Of a DNA stretch of 64,000 bases, positions 55,201 to 64,000 are shown one piece after another. The first letter of the stretch is position 1. Every line of letters begins with the position of its first letter. The translations under genes were made by a program, and so were the position numbers. The notes beneath the pieces are model-generated. The model was not told the origin of the DNA. It saw only the letters and a program-made list of their open reading frames with translations, and searched no databases. This stretch comes from Eukaryota sp. TZLM1-RC (Eukaryota; Protista; Metamonada: BaSk clade), in contig JAUPSS010000003.1 of assembly GCA_040285825.1 (NCBI GenBank), positions 2,418,001 through 2,482,000 on the forward strand, read 5' to 3'.

Positions 55201-57816
55201 AATGAACTCTTTTGGGATAAGAAGGGATCACTGTTTGAAATATTGGTCGACAGTCTGGAAATAATCACAGACCCAGACCTTGTCGAGGCAATTATCAAAA
55301 ATTTCTTTAAATCACATCATCATTTTCAGCTATCACGTGATAATTATGACCTTTTAGAGTCAAAACTTTTCGAAGTTTCACTCTGTAGATTTACTAATTC
55401 TGAACTGTCAAGCTCAAAAACTCTGATGGAAATCAATCAAAGTTCATTGACTTTGATTGACCAACTTTCTCCTTTCCCATCACCAGATCTGGCCAATTTC
55501 TTTTCGGACATGATTTTTTCAAATATTTTGAATTCTGATGTGGAATTGATGTCGATTCCACAAACAGTGGAATTAAGTTCAGAACAAATTTTCAAGTTAT
55601 TCCCTTTGTTGAATCCTTGTCTCATTCAACTGAAAATTTTGTTAAACAATCAAAATTTTGGTAGTGATCTCTTTACAATTTTGGTCTCTACTCTGGCCAA
55701 ATATTCCAAAATTTTGTCAATTGATGCATACAAGCTCAAAAAACACACTCTAACAGCTCATTTGACCAGCCTTGATTATTTCATCTCCAAATTTTTGTCA
55801 AATTTTCCTGCTGTTGTAACTGAAATTTTGGAAATGGCTCGAACTTTTTTCAATTCTTTATTAGACACCAAGTCCAACAAATCACTAAATTTGTTTTTAA
55901 AATCCAATCCGAAATTTTCGTCATGTCAGTTAATCAATCTATTCCAAAACAATCAAATTTCCAATCAATTCAGGACCATTCTCACGTCATCAGCTTGTCC
56001 ATGTTTTGTGTTTGCTTCGTATTTTAAGCCTGAAAATTTGGATTCAATCATTGTTGATTGGAAAAATAACGTGATTGAGGATGAAGTTGCTGTCAAAAAA
56101 TTGGTCGTATCATGTTATGTCACTCTTGAGCTCGAATCTGAATTACGTGTTGTCAGGGACTTTAGTAGAGATCAGTCAAAAAATTTATCAAAAATTTCAT
56201 CTCCACAGAAAAATTCCTTAAATTCATTGGCATTACTAGCACTGGATTACCCCAATAGCCACCTATTTGAATTTTTGAAGAGTCTGCTTCATCAGGTCAA
56301 AAATGAAGGTCAAAATGATGATGTGTCAGTAGTCTCCGTTAGTCAAGATCATTTGATTAATCTGTTAAATCATGATGTTTGGGCTAATTTAATTTTTGGC
56401 TCTGAAGAATCCAGCTGGCTACAGTTGGTTGATGTTGTGCTAAATTTTGATCAATCAAATGTGATTCCTTTAGTAGAGCTCATGACAAGTGTCACTGAGC
56501 TGGACAATGCACCTCAGTTACCAAGTGTCAAAATTTTGTTATTGAAATGTTTGGAAAAACTCACAGAAGTCGATATGATTGAATTTTTGATTGAAACTGT
56601 TTTTGACCGTTTGACTAGTGACGACTGGTCTTCTGTTGTCAATCAAATCACGTCATGTTCAAAATTTTCGCCATCTGTAGTCCAATTTATTATTCAATTT
56701 TTGCAAACCAGTATCAGTGACTCTGACAACCTCAAAATTTCCTTGAATGAGCTTGAGTTGATCTCTTCTTGGGCTTTTGAGTGGGATAAAATTTTGCAGA
56801 ATTTCAATGAATTCTATTTCAACGCTTTATCTCGCAAATTTTCATTATGTGAGCTCATTTATGATCTCTTGAGTAGTTTTGCAATCAATTCTGATGACGT
56901 TCTTGAACTTATTGCCTCAAATCCATTCGACACTGTGGATTCTGTTGAGGAATTTTTGATGGATTTGTTGGAGACGAAAATTTCAACAGGTTGTGACCAG
57001 CTCACCCAAAATTTCATTCAAAATTTGGCTAATTTCTCGTTTCTTCATGAAAATTTGGTTCAAATCGCTCGAACCGCTCACTATCCTATGGCTCTACGTA
57101 AAATGGTGTTCTCAGAACTTCAAAATCAATCAAATTCTCAGTCAGTTTTGACCCATGGTGACGTCAGCATGATCCAGGAATTGGAACTATTAGAAAAATT
57201 TGACACTCATCCACTACGTGAGTTTTTGTTACCATCAGTTGTAGAAAAATGGGCTTCTGAACCTCAAATTTTTGTTAATCTGTCAGAAAAGCTCAATTTG
57301 ATCACATCATATTCTGAACTTTCGCCGATCTTAATCACCTATCAATCAGTTTTTGATGACATACTTGATCAACATGTGGAAGTTTTTACCAAAATTTTCG
57401 ATGTGTTTTTTGAAATTTTCGACGATCCCACTACTATTACAGATATACTATCTTTCCAAATTTTTGAATGTGGGAAAATTTCTTTGCCAAAACTTAAAGA
57501 ATTGGAATCTTATCAGAAAATACCAGATGAAATTAAATTTTTTGTTTGTGTTTTCTTTGACAAAGTAGAGCTCACACTGGCAAAGAGAACAGAATTATTT
57601 GAAAATTTGTTTGTTTCGTTCTTGAAAAAGGGTTTTGCCAACAAATTTTGTGGACACTTGTTTAGTTTGATGTTGCAGATAACCTCAAAATTTGAAATAT
57701 TCGATGTTGTGATTGAAAATTTGGATAGGGGTATTGAAAAGTCAATGATGGTTATGGCTCAAAAGAGATCACGTTCAGAAATATCCCGAAATATGTGTTG
57801 TGTTGACAATCTCTAA
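52264..57816 (+). CDS. Large beta-propeller + alpha-solenoid protein (1850 aa), NBAS/Sec39 (or Rod/KNTC1)-like
   Basis: Beta-rich N-terminal ~330 aa, then AVSEDNFNLAYQICESFEL and RAEIF...Y.FETFKSF...IEIF motifs resembling the NBAS/Rod junction; long helical remainder. Confidence 0.55.
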   Translation: MSRPLLFKDPVELPLPPQRAPSLLWKLLLFFLNLFLLPLSFLRSPKRTQQRHFFSTSSGLFYHFHKSIHTITSSSPTITFSSPVLSLCVHNNYVFVVTKSFIFCLHQSDFSIKYKVKTPRKLKTCQQVMTWRDDRIVIFTSNNIGFFQVTEDDLLLSNIIKLSHVAVTFTTDCDHVMAVGPSFCDSIHHFNLTIIDYDYNQKTMSTCQDLCRRSKTLVLPSKLISFQNFIVLFFSNGNSIKIEIENDLLLTHSIPVQLTSMDHLEDHVICGLQKSSNQVILFDLQSNLIVDKFDDCYEQVRVLCLPSSTVERQSILIVSDDHSPIIFDRVDESEAVKQAVSEDNFNLAYQICESFELTMLRQWVIIQEFFDLVTRHQYRNLEELISVHLSRNVDTAEIVKEINLEKFHTIDEILIFLKFLSDRLASDDDVTDSQVPFPLNQEVNLFDWVGHVITRAEIFNDLYSDDYTFETFKSFCQVSESELFSKISANFSLPSIEIFIKSFNFTTQMRKELLTSFSAHIDDVSADVFDRLLTLIDSPMNFVHDLLNSNSSQFLKKILDILPNFCKEDEQLQSKIVSLNEYFDLLPNSELFFSDFCRFSVQEKIKLAFQQQSVDFLIDYIDFDQLKSLVPSYLSQEIQSVNKEEFFEILKYFSTTKIFVHFSTEVTDLVNEILDFWSNQIDDVMIDCLITVLSKIESKRTTMLMENLSLCELFVLNNVKFSYVDILNISKRSQLIRTTLNCVDSPTVLLSWVVSLNNGRLLNIILNDLIFIFITKGWGSFLLENGKILEDALADTKTSSSCKVDILTRVHELFVTSIYELCSSTKFSLTPSQIELFSTIETDISEIFKCSNLTKESLFLSFVRSHQSDLIDWEKCQNELTLSDLRQDSTLLCSFCCHLVLKKSNRNFDRSFSNKMLKFLTDISLSITFPIIFDHFACTLLPPLLYNKKPEIFADAWEYFMTCSLSKSDDVDRCQICYVNELFWDKKGSLFEILVDSLEIITDPDLVEAIIKNFFKSHHHFQLSRDNYDLLESKLFEVSLCRFTNSELSSSKTLMEINQSSLTLIDQLSPFPSPDLANFFSDMIFSNILNSDVELMSIPQTVELSSEQIFKLFPLLNPCLIQLKILLNNQNFGSDLFTILVSTLAKYSKILSIDAYKLKKHTLTAHLTSLDYFISKFLSNFPAVVTEILEMARTFFNSLLDTKSNKSLNLFLKSNPKFSSCQLINLFQNNQISNQFRTILTSSACPCFVFASYFKPENLDSIIVDWKNNVIEDEVAVKKLVVSCYVTLELESELRVVRDFSRDQSKNLSKISSPQKNSLNSLALLALDYPNSHLFEFLKSLLHQVKNEGQNDDVSVVSVSQDHLINLLNHDVWANLIFGSEESSWLQLVDVVLNFDQSNVIPLVELMTSVTELDNAPQLPSVKILLLKCLEKLTEVDMIEFLIETVFDRLTSDDWSSVVNQITSCSKFSPSVVQFIIQFLQTSISDSDNLKISLNELELISSWAFEWDKILQNFNEFYFNALSRKFSLCELIYDLLSSFAINSDDVLELIASNPFDTVDSVEEFLMDLLETKISTGCDQLTQNFIQNLANFSFLHENLVQIARTAHYPMALRKMVFSELQNQSNSQSVLTHGDVSMIQELELLEKFDTHPLREFLLPSVVEKWASEPQIFVNLSEKLNLITSYSELSPILITYQSVFDDILDQHVEVFTKIFDVFFEIFDDPTTITDILSFQIFECGKISLPKLKELESYQKIPDEIKFFVCVFFDKVELTLAKRTELFENLFVSFLKKGFANKFCGHLFSLMLQITSKFEIFDVVIENLDRGIEKSMMVMAQKRSRSEISRNMCCVDNL

Positions 57817-59325
57817 TTCATTCAATCAATACTTTAATTTGTGATATTGTATTTAGTATTTTTTGGTTCTCCCATAAATATCTTTTTTTGAATAAATAAT
57901 TGTTTTGAATAAATAATTAATAATATGATAGATATATAAATCATAGCCTGATTTCTACCTTTATTGTTCATTGAGCTCAATGTTGTTCCAAACCAACCCA
58001 CATATCTCTGAAGCAACTATATCAATTTATTTAGTGACAAAATCAGTTATTTTTCATCAACATTAATTAATAAATTGACTAAGAAAAGCTGAACTTGGTG
58101 AGCCCAAAAAGAACAATTTTTCAGTAAAATCCACCCACTTCTAATTTTTGCCCAACAAAACTGGTAACGATCGAAAGTCTGCTGAGATCAAGACAGAAAA
58201 AACCAAAACTCAAACTTCATTTGACCAAAAGAATTCCAAAAAACGCAGAGGAATTGTTGTCAAAAACACAACAGAAATTTCAACACATTGTTTTGGCAAA
58301 ATAGAATTGTGTTTTCTATTTTTAAGGGGATGTTGAAGATTGTTTCTGACATTTTGCTTTCTTTTGGATCTCACTATAAGAGAGTTGCATCAAGTTGTTC
58401 TGTCTTGGGAGAGATGGATTATTTAGATATTGAATTATAAGATTTCTAATAAATAAATATATTTCAAAAAACAGATTTAACTACTGGAATTGAAGATGAG
58501 AACGTAGACGGCTTTTAGCTACGATTATATTGTAATACTTCCCGTGTTCGTGGTTAAATTGCTTGTAAAATTACGAATAACTCTCCGTGTATGGTAGTCA
58601 AATGCATCTATACTTTTCAAGGTGTTGTGTTTCGTATTGGATAACATCCGATCACGTGTGATGACGTGACAGTACTTTAAATTCAGTTTTTGTAATTTGA
58701 TAAAGCTCTTCTCTTGGTCACAACAGTGGAGACCAACAGCTGCTTGATGAAGGCATAATGTATAGTTGCAGAAGAATTTTTAGGCATCTATCTGATATTC
58801 GTTCAAATTATCTTATCCTGTTTAAACGGGTGCGATGAATGTGTCACACTGTATTTGCTTAGTAACTTCTAGAAAAATTTCTTCAACATAGCACTTTTGT
58901 TCTTTCAAAAAACGCTTATTTATCATACAAAACGCACTTTGTACATACGGTGTTGATTATGATATCAGAAAATCAATGATTCTGTAGTTATTTCAAAAAT
59001 CACTAGCTCTTTCACTAATCCAATGAGGTTACTTGCTTTTACAATAAATATTCTTAGAGACGGAATGTATTGTGCTCAATTATTTACATCTGAGATAAAA
59101 CATATCAAAAACGCAGCTCTGATGAAACAGAGATTTGGTAACGAACACTGTCAAATGGGAATGCATTTCTGCAGCAGTAGCTGTTTTCATCAACGTAGTT
59201 CCAATGTGTAGAGGGTAAACTGACCCCTGGTGCTGAGAAGTTTACATCAGTGTTGGCAATGTTTATTCAATATCCATTTGATGTGGAATTCTCAGTGGGG
59301 AACAAGTCTCAATTTCTTTATCAAA

Positions 59326-60552
59326 ATGCTTTCAGCTCTTGTCCTTCTTATTCTTGCAGTACTTGCGGCTTGTTCTACCTCCAACACTATTCTTTTTTCA
59401 GATCCGTATATCGTTGAACCACTCTTGGAGGGAATTCACTCATCGCGGGCTCTACACATACTAGTTACCAACATTGATGATAATCATCACCCCGATGCCA
59501 TCGTTATTTATCTCACAAATACTGGTACTATTAGCGGCAACAACTACGCACGCTACTCTTATAAGGTTCTCTACGACATTGCGGTAGGTCATAAAGACTG
59601 GCATGGGAAGCATGGTTTTTACCCCAACCGAGTCATTGGCCATTCACCTTCTTACTCACCATGGGCCATCAGAATGCGTGCTGCCGAGAGCTCTACTTCG
59701 TTCAGTTGTAATGGTATAACAAGAAACAGAGAAGAGACAAATAACTACCACCATGGTGTTTCTTTTGCCACGGCGGATCTTGATGGTAATGGTAGACCAG
59801 AAATAATTACTGTTGGTGCCATAACTGGAGTCCATGCAGATAGTTACTACTGTTATTCGTGGAGAAGTTGCACAACTGATGAGGATGGTGAAGAGGAGTG
59901 TGTGAGGTTATACAGTATAAGAAATCGATCTCACATTGCTTTACGATTACAAATTGTTTGGAATTTAGGTTTTGATGGAAGTTCTGCTAGTCAAACAGGC
60001 AGTGCTAGTAGTGTTCGTTATTTCCAAGTTAATTCTGTTAATAATGGACATCTTAACGACAACACCCGTCCTTCTGCCATCAAAGTAGTACCTAATGGGT
60101 GTGATGACAATGAAGATTATGATCATTTATTGTATTTGTATATCGCAAATGTTAGAGCTTCATTTTGCTTCAATAATAACCTTGGAATTGAACTTTCTTC
60201 AGTGTCTTCAAGTAGAACATCTCCTGGAACCTCACACCAGTATTCTGCCTCTACATTACTTGGTATTAACGGTATTGATTACATCCTTTCATTTGGAGTG
60301 TCCTCCACTAAAAACAGATGGTCAATCACCGGTGGTTCTTCGAGTGGAAGCTATTCTTCCACTGCTTCTGCACTAAGTGATGAGTATGTAGGGGTTGGTA
60401 GTTATGATTTTGATGGTGATGGTGTTGATGACGTGATTACTTTGCAATGTTCTTCAAGTGATCATTGCGAGCTACGACATGGTTTAGTTTTCATTCCTGA
60501 AACTGGTGCTGATTCTGCTCATGATGCAGATTTTGGTTATGATTTTTTATAG
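59326..60552 (+). CDS. Secreted FG-GAP/VCBS-like repeat protein (408 aa)
   Basis: Signal MLSALVLLILAVLAAC; Ca-binding-type loops TNIDDNHHPDAI, ADLDGNGRPEII, YDFDGDGVDDVI; no TM anchor. Confidence 0.75.
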   Translation: MLSALVLLILAVLAACSTSNTILFSDPYIVEPLLEGIHSSRALHILVTNIDDNHHPDAIVIYLTNTGTISGNNYARYSYKVLYDIAVGHKDWHGKHGFYPNRVIGHSPSYSPWAIRMRAAESSTSFSCNGITRNREETNNYHHGVSFATADLDGNGRPEIITVGAITGVHADSYYCYSWRSCTTDEDGEEECVRLYSIRNRSHIALRLQIVWNLGFDGSSASQTGSASSVRYFQVNSVNNGHLNDNTRPSAIKVVPNGCDDNEDYDHLLYLYIANVRASFCFNNNLGIELSSVSSSRTSPGTSHQYSASTLLGINGIDYILSFGVSSTKNRWSITGGSSSGSYSSTASALSDEYVGVGSYDFDGDGVDDVITLQCSSSDHCELRHGLVFIPETGADSAHDADFGYDFL

Positions 60553-62026
60553 AATTCAAGAAGTTTTTATAGAGTTTTTTGTACATATTTGTTAAGTTTT
60601 AATAAATTATTGGTCTTTGTTTATGGATAACGATTTAGGACTCAATAATACACAATTGCTGCTACAAGTCTTTGCCAGCTGATGGAGGTTGTACCTCTAT
60701 GAGTGAGAAGAAAGCTTTAGTGGTTAATTCATTCATTTTACATAAATTTCCACAGACTTGCATCAGTTGCCAAAATTAGTTACTTTATAGAAAAAGCTGC
60801 ACCAACAACATTCAATACAATTGTAATAGCGCATCATGAGATACTCGGATTATTAAAAGTTGATGGATAGGGTCTAAGCATATTTGAAGTTGACGAGAAG
60901 AAATCATTCCGAAGGGATTTCGATGACTGACATTCAAAACATGAGTTTAGTAGAACAACATTTACTTTGGTCTTATTTTTTGAATTTAAGAAGACCATTT
61001 AAACTGATGGTTGTGCAGCTTGTTTAGAGTTTATGACAGAGGATTGTATAGGCATAAGCTTTAATCTTTACACTGCACATTTTTAATGATTTTCGATAGA
61101 ATATATATAATATAGTAATATATGGATTGATCGCGGTGAAAGTGATTCAGAAAACTAAAAACCACAAAGAGCTCAATTTTGACGTCAAAAAGCAATTCAG
61201 AAAAGATAACCAGTCTGAGTATGCGTGCCTGTCATGACAAGAATTTCAGTGGATTGGGGTAGTCCTGGCATAAGTTGGCAATGGATGAATGGGTCGGACC
61301 CGAATTCCATATTCATTTCAATTTCAGTTCTCAGTAACCATGTCCATTCAATAGTCGTTCGATATGACCATAACACATTACTATCAAAAACCCAAATTTC
61401 ATTTAAATCGAAAGGTGAACCAAACAACTCTCTTTCTCTCTGGTTTTGTTTATTTTCAAAATAGGTTAATAAAATACTTTTACTCAAACTTGACGTCTGC
61501 TATCAGAAACCTACACTATCAATAACAACAAAGCAGAAACCAGTTTTCTGGTTGAATATTCAATATTCATTATGTTTTTGGAAATTGTTATTAGGTGGAT
61601 AATGGGGAAATCTTGGTGAAACGACAAGAACAGGTATTTCTTTGAAAAAGAAAAAAAGAAAAAAAAAAGCATTTCTTTGCCTAACCACTGAGTGAATCTC
61701 TGAACTATAATTTTATTTATAACACGTATGTTGTCAACTTCAGAATTCATGTTTTCTCTCGGATTTGCGCCAGAAAAACGCAAAATCAACTGTTTTGGAG
61801 AAGGTGTATTAATCATTTATTCTTATTTTTAAATTTACTATTGTTTTTTTATTCTTATTTGTAACTTTACTATTGTTTTTTTTCTGTTTCTATTTGCGTT
61901 CTAACAAACTACTAAATTAATCATTATTTTTAAAATCTTTAAAAAAAGATGAATCAATATTTATTCTATACAAGAAAGCCCCCCGTAGTAATTTTAAATC
62001 TATTTTAAGCTCAAAAAAGAAATCAT

Positions 62027-63457
62027 TCACTGATATCTTTCAGAAAACTTTTGTCTAGCAAAATCTCGCATTTGTTGCATTCTTTGCTCTAAACTTGACT
62101 GTCGTTGACTCGCATCCTCATGAAATTGACTACTAAAGACTGCCACGTCATCACCACGTATCGCCACGTCATCACTCCTAACTTCTGTTGATTCAACACT
62201 TGACTCAGAGCTAGACCTAGAGCTGGCATTAGGGTTAGGGTTAGGGTCGGGGTTAGGATTGCTAGGTTCAGGACTCGATGAATTCATGACCAATAGCAAA
62301 TCAATAGCTTCTTGGACACTATTTGAAGAGTGAAGAGTTTCAATTAAATCACTTCTACTTACCCTAGGGAACATTTCAACCATTCTAGCAATTACATTTG
62401 GGTCAATCGATCGATCCAAATGGAAATTACAGATTGGACAGGTTCTACGACTTCTAGACATTTGAATAAAACAAGATTTATGCAAGAAATGTTGGCAAGG
62501 TAGCTTGACAACTTGCTGTGACGAGAGAGGATCACGGCACAGAACACACACGTCATCACTAGCGAATGACGATGTGTCAACACGTGTAACTGACTGTAAA
62601 AGCTGTCGATTGATTGTGACAGAAGTCAGAATATTTCTTATTGCTTTTTGACTTTGTTTGGACAATGGAAAAATGTTGAACAGGAAATAGCAAATATTGA
62701 CAATAATGACCAATTCTTTTAAGGCAGATGGTTTAAAAAATAGAAAAGCAAAATAAATTGTAGAAATTTGAATTAGTATCAGAGTAGTAAAGTCCATGAA
62801 AAGAAACAATTTTTGCCGGAATTCAGCAAAAATGTGCGAAAATCGGGAAAATGCAAAACCAAATTCACCTAAAATGTACAAAAATCGAACGATATAAACT
62901 CCTGATAAAAAAAGATCAAAAATCAAATGACCAATCAAAGATGACGTGATCCAGGGCGAGTTTAAAACTAGACCAGCAAGGTTGTAGTACCTAAAAATAG
63001 TAACAATAGCTGCTAATAAAATTGAAGGTGTTTTATGAAGGTAAGAGGCGTGCTGAGATAAATCATCAAAATGAAAAGTAAATAAAGACGGTATAAGGGA
63101 AAGAAAGAAGAGATTAACAGAGATTGAAGAGGCAAACAGCTTGGCTTGTAGAGGGAGGTCCTTCAGTGAGAGATAAAGAACGACACGGAAGAGGAGGGGA
63201 AGAAGGAGAGACTGAGGACGGGATTGGAGAGGGATGTCTTTCAGAGAGAAGAAGATGAGCGGAGATATGTGTATGGCTTGTACTATGCAGTAGCGGATGA
63301 AACGGGGGAGATGGAGAGGGTCTTGCCATGATTCAGGTTGAAGAAAGAATAGATTGAATGGAGAAACTCCATATGAGATTAGAGAGGTGGAAAGGACAAA
63401 GAGAAGGACAGTAGTGGTACAGAAGAAGGTTCGGCTGATGGTTATTCGAAGTACCAT
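62027..63457 (-). CDS. Multi-pass membrane RING-H2 + CUE E3 ubiquitin ligase, gp78/AMFR/RIN2-like (476 aa)
   Basis: Hydrophobic N-terminal ~270 aa; CVLC...LPCQHFLHKSC...CPIC; CUE-like MVEMFP...L...SVQEAIDLLL; C-terminal RQ..L..R.QQM...AR.KF. Confidence 0.85.
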   Translation of the reverse strand: MVLRITISRTFFCTTTVLLFVLSTSLISYGVSPFNLFFLQPESWQDPLHLPRFIRYCIVQAIHISPLIFFSLKDIPLQSRPQSLLLPLLFRVVLYLSLKDLPLQAKLFASSISVNLFFLSLIPSLFTFHFDDLSQHASYLHKTPSILLAAIVTIFRYYNLAGLVLNSPWITSSLIGHLIFDLFLSGVYIVRFLYILGEFGFAFSRFSHIFAEFRQKLFLFMDFTTLILIQISTIYFAFLFFKPSALKELVIIVNICYFLFNIFPLSKQSQKAIRNILTSVTINRQLLQSVTRVDTSSFASDDVCVLCRDPLSSQQVVKLPCQHFLHKSCFIQMSRSRRTCPICNFHLDRSIDPNVIARMVEMFPRVSRSDLIETLHSSNSVQEAIDLLLVMNSSSPEPSNPNPDPNPNPNASSRSSSESSVESTEVRSDDVAIRGDDVAVFSSQFHEDASQRQSSLEQRMQQMRDFARQKFSERYQ

Positions 63458-64000
63458 TGGATGTTGATCTTCCTCAGTGATCACTAAATTGAAATCTTTG
63501 TGCCGTAATAGAAAAGTAATTGATTGTATATGGTATAGAAAACATTCTTACATAATAGAGATGTTATGTTTAAATCTGAGGGTTTATTGTGAATTAAAGA
63601 ATCTGCTCAAAAGATTTGATGAAAAAAATGATAAATAGATGCTGAAATATTCTCTACAAAGTAGTTACCTTAGTTTCACATGACATAATGCTCTAATTCC
63701 AATTTCTATTTTACTGCCTTTATTTTGAAATCATTAAGTGGAATTAAACAAGGAGATTCCTCAGTGTTGGTTTTCGTGCACCAAACATAAACAATAAATA
63801 CAGAAGTTTATGTACGGAATATAAGAAATCAGCAAAGGAAAAGAAAAGCTAGAATTTAAATACATGATGACTTGATTATTTTCCTCAAGAGGCAAGTCAC
63901 GTTTAGCTACAGCTAACATCAGGACCTCTTTTATTCTGTCTGGCATTTCAATCCAATCTTATCACAAATTCAAGCAATGTTTCCTTGATTAAAGATGATT

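Noticed and set aside
60660-61816. Short ORFs and possible RT-like remnant
   Set aside because: No diagnostic motif; consistent with AT-rich intergenic or decayed DNA
62229-62257. TTAGGG telomere-like repeats
   Set aside because: They lie within the E3 ligase CDS and encode the PNPDPNPNPN linker; too short to indicate a telomere

Overview
AT-rich eukaryotic DNA, most likely from an intron-poor protist (inference from 28-30 nt GT-AG introns, standard stop usage, CRE-like retroelements and a Polinton-type polymerase). Host genes: two inverted paralogous ~1200-aa surface proteins, an MRH-domain receptor, an OFA-like MFS transporter, proteasome alpha-5, a 2446-aa RCC1/Cys-rich multi-TM surface protein, a TRIM-like RING-Bbox-Bbox-coiled-coil protein, WDR27, an NBAS/Sec39-Rod-like protein, a secreted FG-GAP-like protein and a gp78/AMFR-like ERAD E3. 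Mobile DNA: a decayed Ty3/Gypsy element with a chromodomain-like integrase tail and a 151-bp LTR; a 1.46-kb non-autonomous element with 95-bp LTRs; at least two families of CRE-like non-LTR retrotransposons, one nested in the other with a perfect 12-bp TSD; a hAT-type MITE; and a Polinton/virus-like segment (47.6-51.5 kb). That segment carries a protein-primed DNA polymerase B, a complex repeat array, and two orphan ORFs sharing a position-fixed upstream motif. The most notable observations are this virus-like cassette, the mosaic inverted surface-gene pair, the short-LTR element, the tail-less CRE-in-CRE insertion, and a fixed branch-point position in all four introns. Domain calls come from motif recognition by eye; no database searches were run.
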